64,000 nt of DNA. Source: an uncultured Chlorobiaceae bacterium (GTDB lineage Bacteria; Bacteroidota; Chlorobiia; Chlorobiales; Chlorobiaceae). Of the stretch, positions 1-10,132 are shown piece by piece. The stretch lies in NCBI GenBank assembly GCA_903824295.1, contig CAIJWE010000072.1, positions 705 through 64,704 of the forward strand, read 5' to 3'. A model generated the notes under the pieces. The model was not told the origin of the DNA. It searched no databases and saw nothing but the letters and a program-made list of their open reading frames with translations. The first letter of the stretch is position 1. Every line of letters begins with the position of its first letter. A program made the translations under genes and the position numbers.

Positions 1-177
1 AACACCACCAAGATCAATTTTCTTGATTCGTGTCTTGATCGATATTTCCCAAAGAGTAACCGAACTAATAAACACCCCGTTATTCGGATTCTTTATTTCC
101 GATCGAACTCGCTCCGAAAGCCTCGCGGAGTCAGCTATAGACCAAATAAATGTATGTGTATCCAGTAAATAGTTCAT
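1..177 (-). CDS. PIN-domain toxin (VapC-like); N-terminal 59 codons only, continues past window start
   Basis: Own translation from ATG at 177: MNYLLDTHTFIWSIADSARLSERVRSEIKNPNNGVFISSVTLWEISIKTRIKKIDLGGV. 'LLDTHxxIW' and 'WEIxIK' are typical VapC/PIN N-terminal motifs. The start overlaps the stop of the upstream antitoxin gene (ATGA at 174-177). Confidence 0.75.
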   Translation of the reverse strand, partial: MNYLLDTHTFIWSIADSARLSERVRSEIKNPNNGVFISSVTLWEISIKTRIKKIDLGGV

Positions 178-470
178 TTCAGTTCAAGAAACTCTTCCTC
201 AGTCATTTTAAAATTATCAGCAAATGTGATTTTAACTTTTCCGTCAAGAATTCCGATTTTTCGCTCTTTTTTCTTTTCAGAATCGAAATAAGGAACGATC
301 ATGGCAATTGGTTTTTTTTTCTTGCCGTAAAGGATACCAAAAGATTCACCCTGCTTTACTTTCTCAAGGATCTCGGTGAGTTGAGCTTTTACTTCGCCCA
401 CGGGTAATGTTTTCATATCTGTAGCATAGAGTAGTTCATTTTTGTTGTTGTCCCAGCGGGAAATATTCAC
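174..470 (-). CDS. Phd/YefM-family antitoxin
   Basis: 98-aa ORF. 'LPVGEVKAQLTEILEKVKQGESFGI' is Phd/YefM-like. It is translationally coupled to the downstream PIN gene. Confidence 0.7.
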   Translation of the reverse strand: MNISRWDNNKNELLYATDMKTLPVGEVKAQLTEILEKVKQGESFGILYGKKKKPIAMIVPYFDSEKKKERKIGILDGKVKITFADNFKMTEEEFLELK

Positions 471-769
471 AATCTCAAGTTACGAGAATATGTGTTTTAC
501 GTCAAGATATTTTTTACCCCGGTCTGAAACTGTACCAGAGAAAACGGGGGGTTCTGCCGGATGGTGGAGCAGGAAAAAGCCCTTCGTAGAATTTAATGAG
601 TTGAAGTGAACCCATACTCTCAGCCTGAAGCGTGGCTGAAACGATCGTGCCTGAGATTCTGGCTGAGGGTGAAGCTCTGCTGACGAGAAAAATTCCCGGG
701 GTGTACTCAAACATTTTCAGAATCAGACGAGAGAGAGCGCTACGCACCCGCAAATCATAAAAGCTGCGC

Positions 770-807
770 CGTACAAAAAAAAATTATCAGGGGGCAAAAG
801 CCCCCTG
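770..807 (-). terminator. Rho-independent terminator after the DUF1566 gene
   Basis: Hairpin cagggggcaaaagccccctg (788-807), followed on the minus strand by a T-run (A-run 772-780 on plus). Confidence 0.7.
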
Positions 808-843
808 TACCCCCAGAGATTAATTGTTAAAGAGATAAAATGG

Positions 844-1797
844 TTAAAAAGCCCGCACAGCCCGAACCCGAAAGTTGGACGTCTTTTCCATCCAATACGG
901 GAACCCATCTTGGAAGAACTGGAACCGTGCCATAAACTGAGAGTACTCCGTAGAACTCCAGTAGGCGGCGTCAGCAAAACCGACAACAGCACCGCTCACT
1001 TTCGCATTATAAAGCTTGTCCAATTCATCCTTGCTCGGCAAATACCAGTCATTATAGCCTCCTCCATTATATGCTCTTGCAAGACCAGCAGCATAAGTAA
1101 TGCCTTCACCGTTTTGGGCAATAATAGCGTCAGTATTGGCTTTTCCTTTGCCAATCTCGATTCCTGTTCCCCCTACTGCTGTGCCCTGCTTAGCAACAAT
1201 TGCCCATATTATGCCGCTGTCTGATGGGGTTTGATCCGCTTCCGCCGCAATGAGGCCATGCGTTTCTTCTGCCACATACCCAGGATCGCCATCGACAAAA
1301 ATATAGAAAATGATGCCACCTTGGTAGCTGTCGCCGATAGCCAGCGGTGCGGTAATCGTAAGGGCCAGAGTTGTCGTGGCCGAAGTTAAACCTGTAGCGC
1401 TTGCCGTGAGCACTTTGTCGGTGCCTGCCTGGTTGATGTTCAGACCTTTGCCGCTGAAGTCTGCAACTCCCTTGACGGCATTCATTGAGAGCGTACCGCC
1501 GAGGGTACCGGTGCCAGTGGTGAGCGACAGGGTTATCAAGTCGGTGGCTGTGGTTATGGTGGTGCCTGCTGCATCCTGTATGGTCACCACAGGCTGCTGC
1601 GCAAAGGCTACACCGCTCATCGTACTCGCTGAGGGTTGCGTTGTGAAGGCAAGCTTGTTGGTACTGGTTCCTGTCGTAACGGTAATACTTTCGATGGTGA
1701 ACGCCTGCGCCCGGGCAACGAGGGTGAGAAAAAAGAGCCCGAAGAGCAGGAGTACTCTGGCCATGACGGCCAACGGATGTTTTGTTGAAAGGTGCAT
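844..1797 (-). CDS. Secreted Ig-like repeat protein with C-terminal DUF1566 (Lcl C-terminal-like) domain
   Basis: Signal peptide MARVLLLFGLFFLTLVARAQA. The C-terminus 'GGIIFY..GLIAA..W..GT..IG.GKANT..I..YNGGGYNDWYLPSKDEL' matches the DUF1566 pattern. Confidence 0.7.
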   Translation of the reverse strand: MHLSTKHPLAVMARVLLLFGLFFLTLVARAQAFTIESITVTTGTSTNKLAFTTQPSASTMSGVAFAQQPVVTIQDAAGTTITTATDLITLSLTTGTGTLGGTLSMNAVKGVADFSGKGLNINQAGTDKVLTASATGLTSATTTLALTITAPLAIGDSYQGGIIFYIFVDGDPGYVAEETHGLIAAEADQTPSDSGIIWAIVAKQGTAVGGTGIEIGKGKANTDAIIAQNGEGITYAAGLARAYNGGGYNDWYLPSKDELDKLYNAKVSGAVVGFADAAYWSSTEYSQFMARFQFFQDGFPYWMEKTSNFRVRAVRAF

Positions 1798-1817
1798 AGT
1801 GGTCGCGTTAGCGCTCC

Positions 1818-3525
1818 TTATTTTTTGAGAATGATGGTTACGAGCCAGGCGGCAGAGAGGCTGTCAGTGCAGCTAATGAGCCAGGTATCACTGGTGCCTG
1901 TTGGTTCAGGAAACTGCCTTGTATGAATAACCACCTGCGCCGGAGTGGTGGTGAGCAGTGCGGCATAACCATAAGGCGATCCATTGCGCGTAACGCCGGT
2001 GATGGCGGGCGAACCGCTACCAACGGTCACAAAAACATCGCCTTCGATGTTGACCGTAGCGCCACCCGGCAACCCGGTCTTGCTGATAGTCGCCGCCAGA
2101 GTGACCGCCGTGGGGTCAACTTTGGCAAGGAAGGAGTGCGGGAGTTGCGCTGGTCGCAGGAGAGCATCGGCAAGCAGGTTTGCCGTGTCGCTGCTGCGGG
2201 TTGGCTTCATGCGTTGGGCAAGCGAGCTTTTCTGCTTTCCTCCGGGCAACAGAAGGCGGCAGGTGAGCATCATGCCGTTATTGTCGGCAACTCCGTTCTG
2301 CCCCTCATTGTGAAAGGCGCTGAGCTGCCAGTTGGCAATTTCTGCCATAATGGTTATGCGATTCTCTCCTGCTCCTGATCGGTAGCCTGCTCCAAAGAAG
2401 AGCGAAGAAAAAGGCTCAGAGAAGAGATCAATACTGTAATAAAGGCTTTGGCTAAGCTCTCTGGTGCCGTCAGAGAAGGGGTAGCAAATTTGTTCATATC
2501 CAAGTGATCCTTTGACAACAAGGCTGGAGTAGAGGGCCACCTGCGCATCGGCAGCCGCGCCAAGCAACCTGCCCTCCGAAAGTTTGAGAGGGTCACTCAT
2601 GGTGAGGTAGTCGGTGGCGGTCTCCTGCATGAAGAAACGGGGAGCATCAGCAGTTGACTTTTGACTGGCCTGTGCTCCCCATGCCGAGAGCCCTATGGAT
2701 TGCAGTTTGCCGGTTTCTGCGCTGTCGTTGAGGATGTATTGGGTAGCAAGGGAGTAACTGAACTGTCCAAGATCGATATTTGCTTCGCCGGAGGGGAAAT
2801 TGAAATTCTGGTTGCCCCAGAGGTAGCCACCGGAAGCTTTAAAGCGGAACCCGGAGTCGGGGAGCTGCCAGACAGTATTAAAAACAAGATCCCTGCGATC
2901 ATTAAAAAGTGCGAGTGTGGAACCTAAGGCAAACTGCTTCCCCAGCATGGTTGCAAGCTCAAGCTGGCCGCCAGCCATTGAGCTACCAATTTCAGGCTTG
3001 AAATAGCCCAGGCCAAGACCCAGGGAGGCAAGACTCTCTTTACCACGGTAGTGCATGGAGGCTCTTTCGGGGCTGAGCGCACCGGTCAGTGAACCATCGG
3101 CAAGGGTAAAGGAAACGGAAGGGAGGAGGCTTTCAACACTCGGTGTTGCTGTGCGGGTTTGCAGAGAAGGGTCACTGTTGGTAGTTCCGGAGGTCATGCT
3201 GGTTGCTGCACTGGCAACCATTCCGGCAAGGGTGCCCGAGGCTCCTGTTAATGTCCCCCCCTCCCCTTCCATCCGACAAAGCTTCAGTGGCGATTGATTT
3301 AGAGAGTTCGCTGGAGGTAACAGCATATTCCTGCTTTTGGGCAAAAAGCGAAAGAGGCGTGCATAATGGCAAGGCAGCGATCAAAACAACCGCAAGCGAT
3401 GCGTTATAATGCACTGTTTTGGTACCGAAATTAGGCAAAATCGGCTTCTGAAAAGGAAGCATACATACAACGGTTAACGTACAATTAAACCAAAGAGAAC
3501 TCTTTGCGTACTCAACAATACCCAA
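1818..3525 (-). pseudogene. Outer-membrane beta-barrel protein (inverse-autotransporter/intimin-like), split by a frameshift at a G7 run
   Basis: ORF 3172..3525 supplies a signal peptide (KTVHYNASLAVVLIAALPLCTPLSLFAQ). ORF 1818..3344 supplies the beta-rich body. The two frames meet at C7 (3255-3261 on plus), and removing one G joins ...SDGRGGG to TLTGASGTLAG... The family call is tentative. Confidence 0.5.
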
Positions 3526-3643
3526 GATTAAGCATTGTTTCTCGTAACGTTACCCTGTATTACAACTCAAATTATCTCAGTGAAAGTAAAGTGTATGATT
3601 ACATACAGCGCCAAGTAATAAGCTGTTGAAACAAGCCGTATGA

Positions 3644-3676
3644 CAAAAAAAAAGCCGGTAACTTTTTTTTACCAGC
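3644..3676 (-). terminator. Rho-independent terminator after bchY-like gene
   Basis: Minus-strand hairpin GCTGGTAA/TTACCGGC (3654-3676), followed by a T9 run (A-run 3645-3653 on plus). Confidence 0.65.
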
Positions 3677-3710
3677 TTTTTTTGCTTGATGATAAATGGT
3701 TCAACAGAGA

Positions 3711-4994
3711 TCATGCAAAATACTCTTTCATCCTGCGGAACACCTCTTTTTTGCCAAGCAGGCCGCTGATCATGCCGAGCACCGTTGCAGCCCCGGCAGC
3801 AAAAAAGAGCGGGCGGGAGGAGATGTTGTTGGTGTAATAGATAGCCGGGATTCCACGCTCCTTGGCAAAGCTGTCGAGCGAGGTGGTGCCGATGACAAGA
3901 TCAGGCCCATAGTCAATTACCGCCTGCATATCCTCTTCAAGGTACTTGCGATAACGAATCTCGGTGCCGAGCATGGTGAGCACCTTGTGATCTTCCTCTC
4001 CAAGCGGCATTCGTGCAATGGAGGTAGAGGCGTAGGGCACCTCAAGACCAGCCTCAAGCAGGAGACGGACAAGGGGAAGCTCATTGCCTTCGTAACCGGC
4101 CACAATCACCTTTCCCTTCAACTGGCTGAACTGCGCAAGCACCGCCCTGGTTTTCTGCGATTCCTCTTCGGCAACAGCCTGAACGGTCACGGGATCAAGG
4201 CCGAGAGCCTCTCCGATTCGACCGATCCATTGCGCCGTTGCATTCGCTCCGATAGGGTTCCCCTTGACAATCTTTACACCCTTCTCTTCAAGCAGCGAAA
4301 CCGTTCTTTCATAAAAGGGGTGGAGCACCGCACAAGCTTCAGCCTGACCTGCCTCGATATAATCCTCAAGCGCCGTGCCAGGCAGCGTTATGACCGACTC
4401 AACACCTATTTTCTGAAGAACCGCCCCGATGGTCATGGCATCAACCGGAAATATCTCACCGAGCACAACAAGTGATTTCAATTTTTTTTGGCCTTCAAAG
4501 CGGCCAAATCGCTTCAGGAGCGTCGCCACAGCAACATCTTTTGCCTCAGGGTGTGTCCTGATCTGGAAGGCTGGCAGGCGTACCAGCAGCACCTCCGCAT
4601 TGCCAGCCTTGCGGGGCAGCAGCTCCTCGGCAATTCCGGCAGTTTCAGCCACACAGGTGCTTACCACCGGAATAAAACGCACCGCAGGGTCGCGGGCAAT
4701 CTCCTCTATCGTGCGACGCACATCGTCAATCATGGTTCCGCCTGAAATCTGCACATTCATCAGTTCAGGTGAAATGATCGATTTGCGTGCAGCATAAAAA
4801 TGCGACACAAAGGTGAGCCCGTAGAGGCACCCCTGATCGGCCACCAGACAAACCTGGACACCGTCTATTCTTGTCAGCACCCTCAGCCCACCGAATGCCG
4901 GACACATCGACTGGGGATGCAACGTGTTACAACCCTTTTTTTCCATGAAGCACAACCCTCTTGATAACATGTTGGATATAGGCGCCGTCAGCAA
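3711..4994 (-). CDS. bchY: Nitrogenase-like chlorophyllide a reductase subunit Y (BchY-like)
   Basis: 'HPQSMCPAFGGLRV' and 'CLYGLTFVSHFYAARKS' match the BchY motifs I remember. Three Cys at C31/C56/C114 have the spacing (25, 58) typical of BchN/BchY-type cluster ligands. The true start is probably an internal Met (4970 or 4946). Confidence 0.6.
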   Translation of the reverse strand: MLTAPISNMLSRGLCFMEKKGCNTLHPQSMCPAFGGLRVLTRIDGVQVCLVADQGCLYGLTFVSHFYAARKSIISPELMNVQISGGTMIDDVRRTIEEIARDPAVRFIPVVSTCVAETAGIAEELLPRKAGNAEVLLVRLPAFQIRTHPEAKDVAVATLLKRFGRFEGQKKLKSLVVLGEIFPVDAMTIGAVLQKIGVESVITLPGTALEDYIEAGQAEACAVLHPFYERTVSLLEEKGVKIVKGNPIGANATAQWIGRIGEALGLDPVTVQAVAEEESQKTRAVLAQFSQLKGKVIVAGYEGNELPLVRLLLEAGLEVPYASTSIARMPLGEEDHKVLTMLGTEIRYRKYLEEDMQAVIDYGPDLVIGTTSLDSFAKERGIPAIYYTNNISSRPLFFAAGAATVLGMISGLLGKKEVFRRMKEYFA

Positions 4995-6009
4995 TATTTT
5001 GCGCCATTCGCGCGATACGCTCTCTGGCCGCCTGACGACTTGAAAAATTGCCCGTAATGAGCCTGTAGTATTTGATTCCCTTTACCTCTGCCGGCCAGAC
5101 AAAAGCCATCACCCGTTCTGAACGCAGACGAGCCACCTCTTTCTGAACACTCTCCGTCTTGCTCAGGGTAACGAGCACTATGGTATAACTTTCCGGAACA
5201 AGAACAAGTGAGCTATCGGCATCTTCCCTTGCAGCAGAACGAAGGGTAACGCTGGGCTCGCTGACCGTGACGTTCTCGTTGTGAACCACTGCGGCGGCGG
5301 CACTCTCTGCCTGAATCGCAGCCTTGAGGATGCCGGCAGGTTGCGGCACCGTTGCATGGGAAAAGAGTGGTTTGGGTTCTATGCTGTAGAAAAGGGCAAG
5401 CAGCAAGGCGACAACAGTCAAAAATGCAAGCGGCACCTTGTAACGAAGCATTTTCTGCGCACCCTTCTCTTGCCGTTGCTCACGCAGTGGCAGAACAACC
5501 TCCTGAAGATCCTGATACTCCCGGTTTAAAAGCTCTTCAAGAGATCGTTCAGGAAAAAAAACAAGAGTTCTCTGCTCAAGAGTAAAGCGGCCTATGCCGT
5601 TCAGGCGGATCTCTCTCTGCTGCTGAACCGCACGCATGAAGAGAGCGGCAAGAGCCGCACAAAACCGATCGGCATCTTCGGGGCTCATGGAAAGACGAGA
5701 AACTGCCAGACGCAGGGTATCATCAGCGCCCGTCAGCCGATTGGTGAAGAGGAGGCGGTTACTCGGAGGAGTATAGATAACGGTTGAAGCGCTGCTCTTT
5801 TTTGCTGCGGAGAAATGCGTCACCGCAAACGTCCCAAGCCCTTTAATTGAGAGCTTCCGTACAGCAAGAAGCTCCGCCGCCATGGCAGAGGAAAATCGGA
5901 CCAGAAGCAACTCCGCATCATGCCGCTCAACGTCAAGCAGTCCGGCAAGCTCTTCTACACAATCATGCTGTATCATAACGTCATGCTTCCCCGATCGGGC
6001 AGTCGCCAC
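4927..6009 (-). CDS. HU-like DNA-binding repeat / SPOR-domain membrane protein
   Basis: Two HU-like segments ('KLSIKGLGTFAV', 'IRLNGIGRFTL'), one TM helix (VPLAFLTVVALLLALFY), and a C-terminal SPOR-like domain ('YTIVLVTL..EVARLRS..KYYRLITGNFSSRQAARERIARM'). Confidence 0.6.
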   Translation of the reverse strand: MATARSGKHDVMIQHDCVEELAGLLDVERHDAELLLVRFSSAMAAELLAVRKLSIKGLGTFAVTHFSAAKKSSASTVIYTPPSNRLLFTNRLTGADDTLRLAVSRLSMSPEDADRFCAALAALFMRAVQQQREIRLNGIGRFTLEQRTLVFFPERSLEELLNREYQDLQEVVLPLREQRQEKGAQKMLRYKVPLAFLTVVALLLALFYSIEPKPLFSHATVPQPAGILKAAIQAESAAAAVVHNENVTVSEPSVTLRSAAREDADSSLVLVPESYTIVLVTLSKTESVQKEVARLRSERVMAFVWPAEVKGIKYYRLITGNFSSRQAARERIARMAQNIADGAYIQHVIKRVVLHGKKGL

Positions 6010-6154
6010 ACACGGTTAATAAAAACCGAATATAACACTTCCCCCCTCAAAACCCCTCTTTGGAACCGTTTCAAGCTACCCCCACTCCTGAAAGGCTCCA
6101 ACACCGTGCTGACAAATGGAACGACGAAGCAATATGGAAGCAAACGACATCCTC

Positions 6155-8695
6155 TCAAAAGGCTTTCGTGATACCTGCCATCAACGTATAGTCGTATGAA
6201 TTTTTTCCGCCATCCATGCCACAGAGTGCTCCAACCTTGGCGTAGTAGGCAACGCTCTCTTTTTTATTGGTTTTCGCACTGCTGATACCGATCGCTCCTC
6301 CAAGTTTTGTGGTTTCCGGTTTTGAGTTGAGGATACTGTTGTCTGCCGCATAGATGACCTGAGAATTATCGGTAAAGTCTTTGACCAGATTAACTTCAAA
6401 GAAGGGATTGAAGGGTACACCTGTTTTCGTGAAGGTACCGGTCAGACCGAGACGGGCGCGCAACCCGTCATGGCTCTTGATGGTGGCATCACCAATAACG
6501 GTTGAGATATTGATGTCGCCCCTGTGCTGGTAGATAAGCTGCGCCTGAGGTTCGAGCTTCAGCGAGTTGGCGGTCTGCAGAGTAAAACCACCCTCAAGCG
6601 AGGAGAGAAAGCTCCATGTGTGTGTTGTGATGGTTTCCGGCTCATCAGGAGTGATGATATCGATGTAATGATAGCCAGATTGAACCACCCCTTCGATGTA
6701 GTAGGATTCGGGACGCTCAATGCTTGCATAGAGCCCCAGATTATAGACGTTCTGGGTCAGCTCTCCGGCCTTCGACGTTAGAATGCCAGCAACATCTGCT
6801 TTCTGCCATCCGGTTCCGGCATAGCCACCAATGTGGTATTGTAACATCTCCTTGCCTTTACTGCCGGTGAGGAAATCGCCGCCTATTTGCGTGCCACCGC
6901 TGAAACCCTTGATGGTTGTTGCGGCATCACCCGTAGTACCAATGGCAAAAGAGCTGCCATAGGCACGAGCCCAGAACATCGGCGACTCTTTTTCACCGCG
7001 GGCAAGATGGTTATAGGCATGACGGTCGTGGAACCCGGCAAGCGACTCAAAACCAAGGTTTTCAACAAACGGAGTTACCCCTTGCAAAAGGGCAGCCTCT
7101 TCACGGTAGCGGTCAAATTCGAGAGAAGAGAAATAATAAAAGCCGTTATTCTCAGTCAAGGTGAAGGTGTAGAGCTTTGGCCCATAGGGATAGATGTACT
7201 GCCCGGCAGTGAAGACGCCGGGAGTAGCAGCAGGAACAGTGGTCAGCAACAAAATCTCTGTTGCTGGACTTGTTGGCACTCCAAGCTCATAAAGATCAAG
7301 TCTGGTGATACCGGTTGTCGCACCGTTAATGGCAACCCGATCAGCTTCTGCACTGCCAGTATGAACATCAAGCTTGATGGATCCACTGATGCCTTGATAG
7401 GCGCCGTTGATCGTCAGCCGGTCTCCCGTATCGTGGTTGTCGACAAGACTGATGGAGCCTGAGTTGGTGATTGGTCCCGTCAGTGTGTAAAATCCGGGGG
7501 ATGAACCTGCTGCAAGAAGGGTGGATGTTGCGTCAATGGTGAGGCCGTTCGAAAATGTTATCACTTTTGGAAGCTGCAAATCTGTAGAAGCACCGAGATT
7601 GACTGTGGAGCCGTTTTTCAGTTCAATAGTCTCCCATTCGGTGACAGTGACGCCGCTCAACGACCCGCTCCATCCATCAAACTGCAGTTGATCGTTATCG
7701 TCTCCGCCGCCAAGCAGCGGAACTCCTGAAATATCGGCATGACCCCTGAGGATGAAGCGATCATCACCCTCATTGAGAACAACACTGCCGATCAGTTTGC
7801 CATTACCACACAGGGCGACCAAGTCATTGTTCGCCCCCTGGGAATAAATGGCATAAGCATGGGATATGCTATCGGGCGCATAGGCCGCAACAGTACCGGA
7901 AATGCCACTTAACAGATCGGATAATGAGCCTATTGTGAGACCATGAGCTCTCAAACCATAAACATTGGCATCAAAATCAGATGTACCGCCAGTTGCAGTA
8001 ATGGTGCCTGAAAGTTTGTTGATTTGTATATGGGCACCTTGTCCCCATATACCTACGCCATAAGCAGTGGAAACAGAGCTTCCACTACTTGCTGTGATAG
8101 AACCAGAAAAATTATTGATGTCGATATTTTCTCTGCTAAAAATACCTATACCAGAAGAATAAGACGATGCTGTATTTCCTTTTGCTGTAATAGCGCCTGT
8201 AAAGTTATCGATTTCGACTCCACCAGAATTCCAGTTAACGATACCCACAGCTTCAGCGGTATATCCATATCCGGCGGTTACATTTATGGCTCCTGAAAAT
8301 GTGCCAATCGTAATTTTACCATCTACATTACCAATTCCAGTAGCACTACAATAAGATGAAGAGTTTCCAGCTCCACCAGTGGCCGTAATGGTGACATCAT
8401 TTGTAATTTCGTTGATATTGATCGTGCCGTTATCAATCCATATACCATGAGCATCAGCATCTGTTGATGTTGCTGTAATAGTACTGTTTGAGATCGTACC
8501 AATAGCAATATTGCCAGTACCATCTATAATATCATACCCGTAAGTTTGAAATGGATCCACGGCGTTTACTGTTCCAGATAAGGGGCCAGCAGTAATAGTC
8601 GCACCATCGATGTTAGCGCCTCCAGCGGCATAAGCCTGTGATGACCAGGCAAGTGTCACCAGCAGAAGGATATTGCTTAACACTCTTTTTTTCAT
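6155..8695 (-). CDS. Autotransporter outer-membrane protein (repetitive passenger + C-terminal beta-barrel)
   Basis: Signal peptide MKKRVLSNILLLVTLAWSSQAYA. Repeated 'G.I.ATGG/ITASSG' passenger units. C-terminal autotransporter beta-domain ending in ...MAGITKAF. Confidence 0.8.
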   Translation of the reverse strand: MKKRVLSNILLLVTLAWSSQAYAAGGANIDGATITAGPLSGTVNAVDPFQTYGYDIIDGTGNIAIGTISNSTITATSTDADAHGIWIDNGTININEITNDVTITATGGAGNSSSYCSATGIGNVDGKITIGTFSGAINVTAGYGYTAEAVGIVNWNSGGVEIDNFTGAITAKGNTASSYSSGIGIFSRENIDINNFSGSITASSGSSVSTAYGVGIWGQGAHIQINKLSGTITATGGTSDFDANVYGLRAHGLTIGSLSDLLSGISGTVAAYAPDSISHAYAIYSQGANNDLVALCGNGKLIGSVVLNEGDDRFILRGHADISGVPLLGGGDDNDQLQFDGWSGSLSGVTVTEWETIELKNGSTVNLGASTDLQLPKVITFSNGLTIDATSTLLAAGSSPGFYTLTGPITNSGSISLVDNHDTGDRLTINGAYQGISGSIKLDVHTGSAEADRVAINGATTGITRLDLYELGVPTSPATEILLLTTVPAATPGVFTAGQYIYPYGPKLYTFTLTENNGFYYFSSLEFDRYREEAALLQGVTPFVENLGFESLAGFHDRHAYNHLARGEKESPMFWARAYGSSFAIGTTGDAATTIKGFSGGTQIGGDFLTGSKGKEMLQYHIGGYAGTGWQKADVAGILTSKAGELTQNVYNLGLYASIERPESYYIEGVVQSGYHYIDIITPDEPETITTHTWSFLSSLEGGFTLQTANSLKLEPQAQLIYQHRGDINISTVIGDATIKSHDGLRARLGLTGTFTKTGVPFNPFFEVNLVKDFTDNSQVIYAADNSILNSKPETTKLGGAIGISSAKTNKKESVAYYAKVGALCGMDGGKNSYDYTLMAGITKAF

Positions 8696-8923
8696 GGCTG
8701 CATTGTTTACATCGTGACAAAAGCGCTGTTCTGGAACAAGTTTTTCTCAAGAAAGTATTTCTGACAGTAATTGTATTTTTTTCTCGAAATTGCACGACTA
8801 ACAGCATATTCGCGATAAAGGCCATACATAAAACAAATCATGATTCTTTCAAACACAGGTACAAGATAGCAAAAAACGCAGTACGTTCAGATTGTCAATA
8901 TTTTTTCTTTATTTCTCAAGAAA

Positions 8924-10132
8924 ATGAGCAGAGAGATTCTTTCAGTCAGTGAACTGACGCAGCAGATCAAAAACAGGCTTGAGACCTCCTTTACACAAGT
9001 CAAAATCAGGGGGGAGATATCTAACTGCAAGCGGCACGGTTCGGGCCACATCTATCTGACACTGAAAGATGAGGGAGCCCAGATTCCGGCGGTGGTCTGG
9101 AAAACAACCGCAAGCCGTCTGGCCGTTGCGCTGAAGGATGGCTTGGATGTTATTGCTGAAGGGCGTCTTGAGGTTTATCCTCCATCAGGCCGCTATCAAC
9201 TGATCTGCACGTCGGTCACTGAGGCCGGGCAGGGGGCACTTCAGCAGGCCTTTGCCGAACTCCTGCAGAAACTTGCCAAGGCAGGCTACTTCAGCACTGA
9301 ACGGAAGCGGGCAATCCCGGCAATTCCGGAAACCATCGGGCTCATCACCTCATCCACGGGCGCCGTAATTGAGGATATGAGCAAGGTGCTGGAGCGACGC
9401 TTCCCTGCTGCACGACTCCTTCTCTACCCGGTCAAGGTGCAGGGCACCAGTGCCGCGGAAGAGGTTGCCGCTGCCGTAGCGTGGTTCAACACAACAAAAA
9501 AAAGGCAGCACCAGCCAGATGTGATTATTATTGCAAGAGGCGGCGGTTCACTGGAAGATCTGCAAGCCTTCAATGGAGAGGTTGTTGCCAATGCCATCTA
9601 CCACTCCAGGATACCGGTTATCAGCGCCATCGGCCACGAAACCGACCTCACCATTGCTGACATGGTGGCCGATCTGCGGGCAGGCACACCCTCCATTGCG
9701 GCAGAACTTGCCGTGCCGGACAGCCAGGAGCTGCTGCGTCATATCGCCACTCTCCAGTCGCGGCAGGATCGTCTGCTGCAGGCGAAGCTGGAGGGGGCAG
9801 AGCGTCATGTCTACTCGATCTGCAGCAGTTACGCCTTCAACCGCCCGCCTTTGCAGATGGAGCAGTTTCATGATCGGCTCAACGCTCTCGCAGCACAGAT
9901 GACACGAAGCATCTCAACCATCTTTGACCAGCGGGTGGAGCACTACGCATCAGTCAAACAGCAATTGACCATGCTCGATTACCGCAAAACGCTTGAACGG
10001 GGATATGTCCTTGTCAAAAAAGAGGGGAAATTTATGACCGGTTCGCAAAAACTGAAAGCATCCGATAACGTGGAGCTTCTCTTTCACAACGGCGTGCTGC
10101 CTGCCGTTATCAGCCCTGCAAAGAAGCCCTGA
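8924..10132 (+). CDS. xseA: Exodeoxyribonuclease VII large subunit
   Basis: '[35 protein letters not shown]' OB-fold N-terminus and '[12 protein letters not shown]' motif. Confidence 0.9.
   Translation: MSREILSVSELTQQIKNRLETSFTQVKIRGEISNCKRHGSGHIYLTLKDEGAQIPAVVWKTTASRLAVALKDGLDVIAEGRLEVYPPSGRYQLICTSVTEAGQGALQQAFAELLQKLAKAGYFSTERKRAIPAIPETIGLITSSTGAVIEDMSKVLERRFPAARLLLYPVKVQGTSAAEEVAAAVAWFNTTKKRQHQPDVIIIARGGGSLEDLQAFNGEVVANAIYHSRIPVISAIGHETDLTIADMVADLRAGTPSIAAELAVPDSQELLRHIATLQSRQDRLLQAKLEGAERHVYSICSSYAFNRPPLQMEQFHDRLNALAAQMTRSISTIFDQRVEHYASVKQQLTMLDYRKTLERGYVLVKKEGKFMTGSQKLKASDNVELLFHNGVLPAVISPAKKP

Noticed and set aside
480-790. Possible RNase P RNA, tmRNA or cobalamin riboswitch
   Set aside because: A few short resemblances (for example ACCAGAGAAAACGGGG…GCCGGATGG, GAGGGTGAAG) prompted the idea. 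However, the universal cores are all absent or in the wrong spacing: GAGGAAAGTCCGGGC for RNase P, the tRNA-like ends and tag ORF for tmRNA, and the B12 box.
3696-4475. 259-aa plus-strand ORF opposite the bchY-like gene
   Set aside because: Shadow ORF. The minus-strand product carries the conserved Cys ligands and BchY motifs.
6155-8695. Periodic DNA repeats inside the autotransporter gene as a possible tandem-repeat or satellite feature
   Set aside because: The periodicity is at the protein level (degenerate ~25-30-aa passenger beta-helix units), and the DNA copies are too diverged to call a tandem repeat.
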